Both the position numbers and the translations under genes were made by a program. A stretch of DNA of 64,000 nucleotides, from assembly GCA_965112155.1 (NCBI GenBank), contig OZ218104.1; one strand, given 5' to 3'. The notes under the pieces were generated by a model. The model worked only from the letters and a program-made list of their open reading frames with translations. It did not search any database and had not been told where the DNA came from. This DNA is from Podarcis liolepis. Taxonomy: Eukaryota. Position 1 is the first letter of the stretch. The number at the start of each line of letters is the position of its first letter. Shown piece after piece: positions 1 to 12,536 of this stretch.

Positions 1-3000
1 GTAGTATTATAATATTTTACATCTTAAAATAGTATTCACTATTTTTATGTTGTATGTATACATGTATATTCTGGTTACGAATTCCATGTTGTCCACTGAA
101 ATCAATCATCAAAATGCAGAGAATCACTTCCTCTTGTTCACAATCTTAATTTCATAATTTCTTTACCATTTTAGGTCTGAATTATATTAAGGCTGCAGTT
201 TTTTAGTCACAAATGTTACTCTGCATAGAGCTTTTTCAGACTGCCATCTGATCTGGCTGGGGTGTCTTATCACAAGACAGTTCTCAGGCGCATGCTGTCA
301 GAGCAGCTGCTGATACTATATTGTAGTTCCACTGACAGGTTCCAGGTATAATCCTACATGGATTAATTAATGCCTGAAAACATGAACGTTCTGCAGCTGC
401 TTCAGATCCTGATTTGATTAATTCTGTCAAGCAGCTGTTTATTTCACAGGATACTGCAGAAATTCAATTTTAACATTAATAGACTTACTACCCTGAATTT
501 GTCCAATCCTTTTTTAAAAGGTTATGGCTGCATTGTTTAGTCATGAATACTACAAATCAGGCCTTGTCCATTCAAGCAGTTGATCACATGGTAAAATTGT
601 TGTTGGGCTGTATCACAAAATTACGTGTAGAGAGACTGCATACCAGAATGATTTCCTGTTCATAGAGTAGGTAGACCCTGTACATAGAAAAATAGTGCAT
701 CAAAATGAATGTTGGATTCAATTCCCCAATTTGATCCACCTGATTTGTCATTGTAGAAACCCTCTGTCATATCCTCCATCCTAGCATTCCCTATCTCTTA
801 AAAAAATAAAAAGGCTCACACTGCTCCTACCCGTTGATAATTTTTAGTTGCCCTTTTCTAGCTCTTAAGAAATTCTGAGACTGGGCAACTAACTGTGCAT
901 GTCGCTGCAACATAGGTTTATATTAATCTACTGTGACATGCATCCAGCCTGTTTAATAGCTTGTTTTAATTTTGTGTACTGAACGTTCCATTGGGCTATG
1001 CCTCTAGAGATCCTGTGTTTGGAGCAGTCCAGGTTTCCCATACAGAGAGTTTCCTCTTATTACAGTTGGAAAGTGAACCTTGCATGTTGTGCTTTAAAGG
1101 CTTTATTCAAAGTGAAGCCAAATGTTGTTTTTGTGGCAACCCCCCCCCCCCAAAAAAAAACATCATTTGCAAAATTAGCTTAAAACTTTTCTGCCTACAG
1201 CTTGCTGGCTCCAAGGATAGGTTTCCAAGATTCAAAATGGTAAAAATGTGGGTGTTCATTTTGGCATTGCCAACCTCAATAGTTCTAGATGTTGATTCAC
1301 ATCCCCTTTCTCCCCGAAATGAAGCTACCTTCGACCAAGTATAGATTTTCTATATTTGGAAAGTTTATATTTAAGCTGCAGGTTGTTAACTGACCTCTGA
1401 ACTTTGGATGATCGCGCTTTTCAGAAGGGATGCATGTACTTACTGTATTACCTTGAAGTCCGGAATCTTTGCTTTTTTACCTAGAAAAAATTCAGGACAT
1501 TTGTTTAGACTGATATGAAGTGTGGCGCTGGAGATTCTTTGACATTTTTTAATTCCACCTTTGTCTTTCTGCACACATTTCATAGATTAGGTGTGCAGTG
1601 AATAGGAGGTAAGAATTTGAAAGAGTAGTGTGATGATCAACAATATATTCTCGGCTCCAGGAACAGACATACAACACTGTTTTTCACAAGTTTGTTCATT
1701 TTCTTTTTTTTTAAGTATCCTAGAAAGTGGGCAGACTCAGTAGTTTTATTCTTAATACAAGATATAGCACTGTTATCCAGGGAGTTTTAAAAAACTTAAT
1801 ACCTTTTTGCTTCTAGCATCAGATCATACTGTGTTGTATTCAGCTGTTTTGTGCAGAAATAATATGCATCTGGTTTTTTGTTTCCTGTTCCTGAGATGAG
1901 TCATTCCCCTTTTAAATAGCAGTTATTTTTTTCTCATAACCCTTAATATACTAATAAACTTCTGGAATACTTATTAAGATGGACTTTGTGGTTAACTAAA
2001 ATGCTGACTTCACTACTCCTCTGGCCATTGAATTCATACTTTGTTTTGATTGTTATTTTTTTAAGAATGAAAGGATATGAGCACAAGTTTTTCTTTTAAT
2101 TTAGATCCTGTTTTTGGAGACACATGAGAGTTATTCACCGTCTGAAACTGAAAATACCCATTTGCAGAACCAGCCAGGAACATAAAAAAGATTAGCACTG
2201 CAATTTAAAAGTAAGGGGCACAACCAATAAATAAGCATTCCATGTGTTTGTCCCTATGAATACTGCTATTCCATAAAACAGGAGCAGGAAATCTCAGGTC
2301 TAGAGGTAAAATATGGCCCTCCAGGTCTTTCCAACCTTCAAGACACTTCCCCAAACGGGGGGCTTCACTGCCCTTTTCAGTGCTCTTCTCAAGTTCTTTT
2401 GCCTGGCTGGAATTTATTTATGTGGGAATGTTGAGGGTGGCAGGAGAGGATATATTGATTATTAATATCCTTCCTAACTCGCACTAGCAAGTTTCTTTAT
2501 ATAGCAGAGTTACATTCCCCTTCTTATGCAGCAGAAAACTGGTTGCAAACTTTTGTGAGCCTCTTAAGACAATAAACAATTCAATCTGGCTTGCCCAGAT
2601 TGATATATGTTCTATTATTCCTGGTAAGACCCCTTTGATCCCTCCTAAAAGAATAAAGACACAACAGTCTTATTTATAAGTAACAAAAAGTGGTTTTTCT
2701 CATGAACAGGCAGAGCACAGTGTGATCCCTGAAGGCAGGCTTTAGGCTTAAAGTTACAAACATGTACAAACAGGTTTACCCCATATGGGAGATAACCTGG
2801 GGGACTGCTTGGCTGGCAGCCAGCAGTACAGTCCAGGTGAATCAGGAGGTTCACAGGACAAAAAAAGATCGAAGAGAGGGAGGTGGCTGCGTGACTTGGC
2901 CTTTTACGAGGTCTGGAAAGGTCACACCCACCTACCAGTCACATGCAAGGAAGGATGCTCCAGGCCAGGAGGAACAGGAAGTTTCGACTGGCTGGACCAA

Positions 3001-3075
3001 ACATTCCCTTGCATGTCCACTCTAGCAAAACAAGGAATGTTGTATTTGACTTCTCCCAGTGGATTACATCCCCCA

Positions 3076-3497
3076 ATTTATTTATTAAATTGTATAACAC
3101 CTTATACCTGTAGACCTCAGGGTGGTTCACAACATAAAATCACGATACAAAAAACAGAAAATACATAATAAAAACAAAACCAAAAACCACCCAATAATCC
3201 CCCTTCCACATCACATTTTAAAAGGGCATCAGATGTCACTCAGCCAAAGGCCTGGTTAAAGAGAAACACTTTCACCTAGCACCTAAATGTGTATAATGAA
3301 GGCACCAGCTGAGCTCCCTGAGGAAAGTATTCCATAAATGGGGAACTACTGCAGAGAAAGCCTGTTCTTGTGTTGCCACCCTCTGGATCTCTTGTGGAGG
3401 AGACACACAAAGAAGGGCCTCAGAAGGCGATCTCAGGGTCTGGGTAGGTACATATGGAGACAGGTAGTCCTTGAGTTATTGCAGTCCTTGAACTGTG
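3076..3497 (-). mobile_element. L2-like LINE 3' fragment
   Basis: TTTA-type tail at the left end; closely similar copy at 52588-53012. Confidence 0.65.
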
Positions 3498-4374
3498 ATA
3501 ATGCCTCTGGCCAGGATGAAGGATTGAGGTGTGTATAGAAACCTCTGCTTCTTGCATGGCTGAAATACATTTAACTGTACAAAGATATGAAGTGCATCCT
3601 CTGCTCTGTCTACTTCACCTCTGGTCCTGCCTGCTATTTGCATGTGGCACCTTGAGGCCTGCCAATGAAGCTCTTGCACTGAAAAAGTTCCCAGCCCGTC
3701 TTGAAAAATTGGAAAGCACTTTGAAGAGTCTACAAATACTGTAATCACTAAATGGCAGCTCTCCTGTGATTAACTGTCACTAGCTACTGTAGACATTCTG
3801 TTGCTGATTTATTACCAGATCTCTTCCCCTCTCTTGACCTTGAAATCTAGTGTAAAGCAACCATTTAAGATTGTAAAGCCTTCTGAGTAAAGGACTACGT
3901 GCTTCTATAGAATTTAGTAGCCTTTAAGTTGGATATCAGTTTGCTTATAGGAAAAAGATGTCAGTGTGGTATGTGAGCTGTGTTAAAAGATTTAAACAAC
4001 CTTCCTTGTAGAGGTAAGGAGGTCTGTGGTGTCCTTTTTTAGATCTGCTTTCTTAGAACAGACTGAATGAAGGTGAATATGGAATGTTAACCTGGTTGCA
4101 CATCATGTTGAACCATAGTTAATGTCTGAACCTGAGTTTGTGGCTGATTCCTCTCCAAATAAAGCACAAGCTGCACCATCAGTTTGTTCTTGCCTTACTG
4201 CTCATGGTTTGCTTGAGGCAAACATACCACAGACTTTTGCTCTGATGACATGGCAAGCCAAAGTTTATGGTTTGTTCCTCCCAAGGGGAGCAAAGGGGGA
4301 AGTTTTGAACAATATATACCATGCTGCTGCTTCATGTTTAATCGTATTTAAATCTTAACTATGGTTTTAACTAT

Positions 4375-4744
4375 GGGACGCGGGTGGCGCTGTGGGTAAA
4401 ACTTCAGTGCCTATGACTTGCTGATCGTAAGGTTGGCGGTTCGAATCCCCGCGGCGGGGTGAGCTCCCGTCGTTCGGTCCCAGCTCCTGCCCACCTAGCA
4501 GTTCGAAAGCACCCCTAAGTGCAAGTAGATAAATAGGGACTGCTTACTAGCGGGAAGGTAAATGGCGTTTCCGTGTGCGGCGCTGGTGCTGGCTCACCAG
4601 CTGCAGCTTCATCACGCTGGCCACATGACCCGGAAGTGTCTTCGGACGGCGCCGGCTCCCGGCCTCTTGAGCGAGATGAGCGCGCAACCCTAGAGTCGGA
4701 CACGACTGGCCCGTACGGGCAGGGGTACCTTTACCTTACCTTTT
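4375..4744 (+). mobile_element. Sauria SINE (Squam1/POM type), full length and CpG-rich
   Basis: GGGACGCGGGTGGCGCTGTGG head with B box GGTTCGAATCC; BovB-like 3' GAGTCGGACACGACT; (TACCTT)n tail; TSD TATGGTTTTAA at 4360-4370 and 4745-4755. Confidence 0.92.
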
Positions 4745-5193
4745 TATGGTTTTAAGATAATGGGTGAATGCAGCCACAGAGAGCTCATCTTGCATGAGTG
4801 GGGAAAAATCTTCATTATAGTATTTGATTGAAGCAACTGTTAATTATAAAGGTACTAGGCCTTCCTCAGTGACGAGTCTGGGTGAAGGCAACCTGTCTCT
4901 TACATAGTAGTAGTAGTAAATAGCCCCATCTCTTTTGCATTGCCAATTGTGTATACCAAGTTCTGGTACTGTTTTCAATCTACGGGCTTATCTTTGTATG
5001 CAGACACTTTAGGAATCAGACGCATCAGTGCTTCCCTTTCCCTAATATACTGTGCACAAATAGTGGGTTCCCTCAGGGAAAGGTCAGTCAGATTTTGAAG
5101 GGCTCCTTTCACTATGCATGGTGTGTGTGCTTGTGCATGGACATCCAGAGTATCTCTCAAATATAAAAATGTATGTCCACATTGCCTCTATAT

Positions 5194-5329
5194 CAGTGTT
5201 TCCCAACCTTGGGCCTCCAGCTGTTTTTGGACTACAACTCCCATCATCCCTAGCTAGCAAGACCAGTGGTCAGGGATGATGGGAATTGTAGTTCAAAAAC
5301 AGCTGGAGGCCCAAGGTTGGGAAACACTG
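5194..5329. mobile_element. hAT-type palindromic MITE (136 bp)
   Basis: TIR CAGTGTTTCCCAACCTTGGGCCTCCAGCTGTTTTTG extending to a near-complete hairpin; 8-bp TSD CTCTATAT at 5186-5193 and 5330-5337. Confidence 0.92.
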
Positions 5330-6933
5330 CTCTATATGGAGTAGCTAGGATTCCATTTTCTGGGCTCATTGTGTTAACTCTGACTTCTGAAGTTTGTTAC
5401 ATGTCAGTCTTGGCTCAGATCCAAAGAGCTTGTTCTAGCATGTCTAAAAGACTTGCACATGCCCTGTAGTACCTTTTTTACTTGATCAGTTTTTATTAAA
5501 GCAGACTCCTGTTGTATCAAAAACTGTGTTTGAATGTGGTTTGGGTGATCATACAGTGGGAAAATATGCTCAGTGGGGTCATTGATTGGATTTAGATAAT
5601 TCATTTCAGCAGGATCATTGAACAAGCACTGGCTACTAATGACTCCAAGCTGGAATTCAGTTAGATACAAAGCACTTTTTTTTCTCTTCTAACCTATAGG
5701 ATGGGCATATAATAATGTTATGTAAAAAGGTGGTAGTAAGCTTGTGGTAATTTGATGTCCATGCATGTTTAATTGCTTCTTAATAAGTTATGAAAAGCCC
5801 ATAATTTTTTACCTGCTCACTGGCTGTTTCATTTTTGGTACTTTACAGGTGCAGAAAAGAGTGATACACTGTGTGTATTTGTGTAAATCAAGGATGGGGA
5901 GCCTCTGGCCTTCAGGCTGTTGTTGGACTCTTAGCTACTATTAATCCTTGATGGGAGTTGGGGTTTAACAGCAGTTTGAGGGCCACTTTCCCCATGTAAA
6001 GCAGACTTGAAAGCAGAAGAAAATTAAGTCTTTGTCATGAGCACAGCTCTCCCACATACCCAAGGAGACAGAATTGTTTCTGCTTCTACTGTGCTCATGA
6101 TGTCTCTGGAACAAGTTAATGTGTATCAGGAGAATCCTGTGTCTCGTGTGCTGAGCATTAAATGGAGTAAAGTTTAAGTCTAAAGGTTTCTGTGTCATCT
6201 TAATATTTAATGATTTAGAACAGAGTAGGTCATGAGATAGGAAGCTCAGCTGAGCTGTTATAAATGGGGTGGGGTGGAGGTGAAAAAAGGAGTTCAAGTG
6301 GAGTGTTCTAGTTAGGAACCCTTTGTTGAAGCCCCAAGAATATAGTATCAGCTATATTCCTGAGTTTGCGATGGCACATACTCTATTGAGCATTGGTGTG
6401 ATTTCTTTCTGAATGTAGTTTACACACATTTTAAAAATCATATACTGTGTTTCAGATTTAGTTAATAAACAGAATGAATACAGGGATCATTTGTACTGAA
6501 AGGCACCAGACACCAGCTAATGAGTTGCTGAATCCATCTTCTATTGCTTCATTTTGAGGCCAAGTCCTATGACCCTCGGACATATGGATGGCAGCTTTAA
6601 GTTTTGCCCTCAGGCCTGACTAGTGCACCTATGATGAAGCAGGTGCCTAAGCAACATAGCACATGCAATCAAAACAAGGCACTTGCTCCCTGTAGGGCTG
6701 ACGGTGATAGTATGCTATGTCCCTCTTTCCATCCATGGCAAAGTGTTCAGATACCTGCTTCACAGTGGAATGAGTACTCTGTAAATAAATGACTGGCTGC
6801 ACTTAGGACTGTTCATGAATCCCTATTAGTTAAGTCTGATTAGGTTTTAGAGGAAGATGAACATGTGGTTGGAGTACAAAGTACTGAAAAGTAATACTAC
6901 AGGTATTAAATAGTTCTAGAAGCTTAGTTGAGT

Positions 6934-6963
6934 TTTTATTTTATTTTATTTTATTTTATTTAT
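6934..6963. repeat. (TTTTA)n microsatellite
   Basis: Seen directly. Confidence 0.85.
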
Positions 6964-8668
6964 GTTTCTTTCAGTGGTTCCTATATGTTGGTGCTCTCTG
7001 AATATGGACCAGACTGAGCAAAAGTGAAACATGAACCTTTTCATTTAAAACTGGAATTCACCATGTAGAGAGAAATAATGTTATTCAAGAGGTGGGCAAG
7101 AGGGGAAGGGAGCTATGTGAGGTTTGCAAAAATGCTTAAATATTTGTGTTGACTTTTTCCAAATTACCTTTATTCACTGGCTGCATTTGCAGGTCATGGT
7201 AAACCATAAAGTTTGGCTTATTAAATCATGCCCCTTTGTGTAAGTGGGTGAGCAAACCATGACAGAGAAACTTCCGTATATCTGAATCTGAGATTGTGGT
7301 TTGTTAGGATGAAACAAATCATGATCTTAGGTTTGGACAACGTGCTAAGCTTTTCCCATTGTGGTTTGTTTGCTCCTCCCTTTGTGCAAGTGGGAGGGGC
7401 TCTGGCTGCATGTACACCTGCAGAGTACGGTTTGCTAGACGAAATGTTATGGTTTAGTGTTACATATGAATGCTGCTATTATACAGACATTGCTATTTTT
7501 AAACATGTTCTTGTTGACTTTGCCTGCTGGCATATTCACCAGCAAGCTAAGAACAGTTGTGTTTTTAGAAAGGTACAATCAACCGACTCTTCCTTTTGTT
7601 TCAAAATTGAGTATTTTGCATATGTTAAAAACATTCTGAGTAAGCACTAATTTTGGGTTGTGATAGCCTATCATCTAGCTCACTTTTTTTAAAAAAAAAT
7701 GATGGTCCAAATGTGCCTCAGTTGTAAAGCCTTAGTCTTGAATAAGAGCTGCTTACCTCAAGGCTTGAAGTGGTTGTGTAGTTCTTTGAATGTTGCAATG
7801 TAAAAAAGAAACACTTCATTGAGAGTGATGTTTCCTTTTTGGAAAGTCTGTTTGGAACTCTTCTTCATTCTGTTTTCGGTGCCAGTACAGTACTGTATTG
7901 GGTAACTTGCAAAGCAAACTTAAAATTCTGTCAGTTGTTCTTCAAGATGCTCACAACTTCAGCTCTGTATAAACTGGCAAATAGTATTTCAGCATGACTT
8001 TGTCCTTTAGTAACTCTATTATTAGAGACCTCCTGATCTCAACTTCTGAAGATTTCCTCAAAGTCATTTCTGATATTTTTTGGAAGTTGAGTTCTGGACA
8101 ATTAAAATGTGAGTTTTAGTAGCTCCCATTTGTGGCTTTATTCCATAAGTGTTTGGCAGATGGAGCAAGTAAGTGCCTATGTTGTTTCTTCCTGTATAGT
8201 CATGCTTTCATTAACCATGTCTTAATATAAAGTCTCTTTTAATTTCAGAAATAACAGGATATGAGTTCTGAAAATGGCCTTGGCCTGTTTTAAGTCATTC
8301 ATGAAGTTCAAAAAGTCCATCCAGTCCATCTTGAGCTTGATTGATGAGCACCTTTTGAGTTGACAATGGAGCAAATGTATGTGTTTTCTCATGCACAGCA
8401 GCAATGGAAGAGGTTGCCAGTGCTTAGAACAACATAGAAATGCTCCATTTAAAGCTCTGTCTGAAGTGGTCTGCAGCCTTGGCTTTTGAAAATCCTCAAG
8501 ACTATTGTGAGCAACCATTCAGCATATGCATGGCTCCTCAACTGATCAGTACATCTCTACTTGGTGACAACAAGAACCAAATTTCCTAGAGGAAAGGGCA
8601 AAGAATCCCAGTGGCAAAGGGACTTTGATGCTAACTTTCCTCCAGTAAAATTAATAAAGTGTTTTGTT

Positions 8669-8805
8669 GCACCTTAAAGACGAACACATTTATTACAGCA
8701 TCAACTTTCAGTGACTTGAGACAACTTCATTTGATGAAGTGGAAGATTAATCTTCAAAAGCTCATGCCATAATAAATTTGTTAGTCTTTAAAGTGTCACA
8801 GGGTA
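8669..8805. mobile_element. Penelope-derived inverted fragment (decayed)
   Basis: gcaccttaaagac...gtctttaaagtg inverted arms; degenerate hammerhead-like TTGATGAAG...AAAAGCTCATGC. Confidence 0.55.
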
Positions 8806-9344
8806 TTTTTCCTTCAATAGAAAAGTATGGCTGCACCTCTAGAAATTTCTCTCACTGTTATTTTTATTTTTACGTAACAACTTGGAGTTTGAATACTTGA
8901 GGTTCAAATGTATGCAGAGCCTAGTCTCCTGGAGCCGATGAAAGGTTTAGTTGGGTGACAAAGTATTAATGATTGGGGAGGGAGGGTGCTCTTTTTCTAC
9001 CTCTCTAGCAAAACCTTTCCCCTTCACAACCATAACAAAAACATTACTGTGTCCTGCAAACGTCTTCCACATGGAATCACAATTACAGTTACCGCAACTG
9101 CTCCTGTAATCACCACAAGTATAGCTTACTCCAAATCTAGGCTGCTAAAGATGGGAAAGTTGTCTGAAGTTCATAAGAGAGGCCTTCATTCTACAAGTTT
9201 TTGGTAGAAATGAGCTGCTAGAAGGAATCAAGGAACTAGAATTTGGGTGCATTAGGAAAGGTAAAAGTTGAAAGCAAGAGTGAAACAAATGCTGGATGGT
9301 TGACTTGGGAAAACAGGTTTGGAAGTTGGAAGTTGCCATTCAGC

Positions 9345-9470
9345 CACTGGTGGAGGAAGGGGGGCGGGGAGAGTGCACCACCCCCCAGCAACGCGATCCT
9401 GGTGGGGCTCCATCACAGCTGCCCCCCCCCGATGCGCGCCAGCCCCGCCCCCGCCTGCTCTCTGCCACTG
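9345..9470. mobile_element. GC-rich hAT-type MITE
   Basis: 8-bp TSD CATTCAGC at 9337-9344 and 9471-9478; imperfect TIR CACTGGTGGAG / CTCTGCCACTG. Confidence 0.75.
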
Positions 9471-9760
9471 CATTCAGCCATGATTTTCACTGGATGACTT
9501 GAGCTAGTCACCATGCTTAGCCTAGCCTATTTGGAAATGTGGGAGTTATGGGTCATTATCATTCTGAAATGTTCATACCAATTTGCTAAGTCTTTTTGTC
9601 ATGTTTGGTTTGATGCCAACCAAGAACACCAGCGTAGACGTGCAGGGTTTTTGCTGTTTTCTACTACCAGGAGCATCTGTGAACTTGCATCTCTGGAACT
9701 GAGAGAAAGGAAATAATGTGTATTCATCCTTTGCCTGTTTGGGACACAATATTCCTTTGA

Positions 9761-9952
9761 GGGGAAGGGCCATAACTCAGTGGCAGAGCATCTGCTTTGC
9801 ATGCAGAAGGTCCCAGGTTCAATCCCTGTCATCTTCAGGTAGGCCTGGTAGAGACCCGTGGCTGAAAACTTGAGAACTGCCCATCCATGTAGACAGTAGT
9901 GAACTGGATGGACCAATGTTCTGACAGTATAAGCTAGTTTTCTATGTTCCTA
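9761..9952 (+). mobile_element. tRNA-derived SINE (Squam3-like)
   Basis: A box-like TAACTCAGTGG, B box GGTTCAATCC, 3' end ...gtataagctagttttctatgttccta; related copies at about 53090 and 53845. Confidence 0.75.
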
Positions 9953-9982
9953 ACAGATATTGTTCATTTTGTTTTCTAACAG

Positions 9983-10056
9983 TGAGTGTTGAAAAAGTGG
10001 AACTAAAGGGATTATCGCATAGGAAGAATGATAGGAACTTTGAATATTCCTTTGAG
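9983..10056 (+). CDS. ZCCHC14: ZCCHC14 coding exon (about exon 3 by human homology)
   Basis: ttttctaacAG|...GAG|gtaagt; 74 nt encoding (V)SVEKVELKGLSHRKNDRNFEYSFE, matching human VSVEKIDLKGLSHTKNDRNVECSFE. Confidence 0.93.
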
Positions 10057-12143
10057 GTAAGTTCCAAGGAATGAGAACTTTTAAATTTAAAAGAGGTATG
10101 AAAGGGACCAGCCTTTGGGGCACTCAAAGCCTTGAGGATTCTATTGCTTTAGCAGATGTCTTTTGACCGAAACTATGTGTTCAAACGCTATTAGCTTTGA
10201 CACCAAAACTATATCTGAAACATTTGATAAAATTTTTCTCATATTACATCACAATATACTAAAACAAACAGTATATTGCAACCATGTTCTAACTGGAGGT
10301 GAGCCATACAGTTATAGGGGAAATTGGGCATGGGTGTAAAGATGTTGAATAGCTAAAATTTAATTTTAGCATTTTTTAAAAAATGCACTGAATATATTTT
10401 ACTCTCAGTATAAGCCACAACAGCAAAAATCCATGTGTCTTTTAGCTGCACTCTAATTCCCTAGTTGTAGATGATCCACTGCAGAAGCAGCCTCTTTGCC
10501 TCTTCTGTCCAAATGCTTCTGCCGTTTTTCATAACTTCTTTCCCCAGCTTTCTACTTATTCTTGGCTGCTGTTTTATTATTGGCGATTTACAAAAGGAGA
10601 GAGAGTTGCATGTATAAACTGCTCTACCCAGAATATCACATGCATAACACAGGGGTGTTGTGCTAGAATTTCAGTGAGAATTACAGGTAGCTGTCGGCAA
10701 AATTGTTCTGGGGCCAACTTGTATAAAATAGTACTGAAAATTCAAATATATTTCTTTAATTTAGATTTGTATCCCATCCTCTCTGGGCAGATCTCATTGG
10801 TACTCTCTCACATTCAAGTGTCTGGAAAGGCAAGTGAGATGTAATCTAATAGAACCATCCTGCCATAGTTCTGAAGGCTGTATAACCTCAAGAGCTTAGT
10901 TAGTTCCTCACGTTGTATCATTTATCTGTGTGTAAAAGAGATTTTTTTAAAAGCCTGTGGTGGTGCTAGAAACTCTGCTTTTCGTTTCTTGGTTTTGGTG
11001 GAACAAGTGCTGGGAAGAGGAAATTCCTCAATTACGTAATGTATTTTGAAACTCTCTCCTCTCACCAGTACTTCTGGCAGCAGCATCAGTTCTGGAAAAT
11101 TGTGTGTGTTTGGTTGTCATCGATACTAGCATCCTGTAGAAATATCACTCTAATTTTCTCCCCCTCCCCTCTTTCTTAAGCATAAGGCAATATTTCCCCA
11201 TAATTTATAAATGCCTCTATCTCAGACTGAAAAAGTACGAAATTTAAAGTGCTGGATAAATTCTTGAGCATTGTGTTAAGATGTAAATATAGCTGAATTA
11301 AATCCGTCAGCCAACAGCCTAATGATCCTCTGGCTAGTGTTAATAAATTTTCAGTAAATTTATTGAAAATACATGAAAGGGAACGCTGACCATGTTGGCT
11401 TGGTAACTTCAGGTACAAATCCATAGGCATAGGTTAGAAGCCCATCTCGTGTCCTGATAGGCAGCTGATTTGCAGATTCTACAACATGTCGTATTCTCAC
11501 ACGCATTAGCCCCCATCATTAACAACTTGCACTGCAAGTGGGTGTGATTATTGCAATATGCTGACTGTTCCATCAATATGGAGTTCTCCCTTAGTAATAC
11601 TTTGCTGATGTAAAGAGGCACATTTTGTGCTGCTTTTCTGCTTCATACCTAAGGAAGCAGAGTATAGCCACAGCTTTTGTACAAGTTACAGTAGGTGTTG
11701 ACTGTAGAATTTGTTCATGTGATGGTTTTCGTGTCATTTTTTAATATGGAATAGTTCCTCCCACATAGAGTAATGCTACCTGTCCGAAGGATGACATGTG
11801 AAATGGGCTCGGACTTACAGTATTAACTTGAAATATATTTGGTACACAAATTCAGATACAAAATAATACACTATAATCAGCAAAGGATTTTGTGTAACAA
11901 TGGGAGAAAAAAATGTTGCAATCTATGCCAGTACAGTTTAGTGAGAGTGGCATAGCAGATTATTCCAGAGGTCCCAGGGAGAAGGAAGGAAGATAGTCAT
12001 CTTTGGCATGTAAAAGTAGGCAGAGATACCTCCCAGAATCCCTTTTTCAGTCACCAATCTGAGGGCACTGGTCATGCATCCTAGCAAGGCCAATTCCAGA
12101 TGTCTTTGATGCAGGTAACTCAAATTCTTCTTTCTTCCCAAAG

Positions 12144-12215
12144 GTCTTATGGTCTGATTCTTCAGTGACATTGGTAACAAAGTCTTCTGCTGAAGTGACT
12201 GAATTCATTTCAAAG
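12144..12215 (+). CDS. ZCCHC14: ZCCHC14 coding exon (about exon 4)
   Basis: Pyrimidine tract-aAG|...AAG|gtaaaa; 72 nt, VLWSDSSVTLVTKSSAEVTEFISK. Confidence 0.95.
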
Positions 12216-12426
12216 GTAAAACGAATAAGATGTCTTGGGTTGTATAAGAAATGTTTCAGAAGCATCCTGAGGTATATTTTAGTATCAGTGCAATTGAAAC
12301 AGTGGCTATCTGCAAGGCACTGTTTCTGCAAGGCACTGTTTTAAATAAATTGTGTAAATAAGCTTGGGTTGGTTGGTTTCTTTCAATTTCAATTGTTGCA
12401 TTCAAACGTATTGTCTTGTCTCTTAG

Positions 12427-12536
12427 TTAGGTCAAATGTACCCAGAAGAAAAATTGGAGAAATTCATTCCATGCCTAGCTGGTCCAGATTCATTTTACTT
12501 AGAAAGAAACCACATGGACCTGGAATCGGACCTTAG
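12427..12536 (+). CDS. ZCCHC14: ZCCHC14 coding exon (about exon 5)
   Basis: tcttAG|...AG|gtatgc; 110 nt, LGQMYPEEKLEKFIPCLAGPDSFYLERNHMDLESDL(R); phases consistent with neighbouring exons. Confidence 0.95.

Noticed and set aside
2608-3068. Possible antisense solo LTR; similar candidate at about 35430-36625
   Set aside because: LTR-like composition, but no matching TSD or clear termini could be established.
1-9982. Search for ZCCHC14 exons 1-2
   Set aside because: No segment matching the expected SNSLENALHTSAHS-type peptide was found by eye; these exons probably lie upstream of the window.
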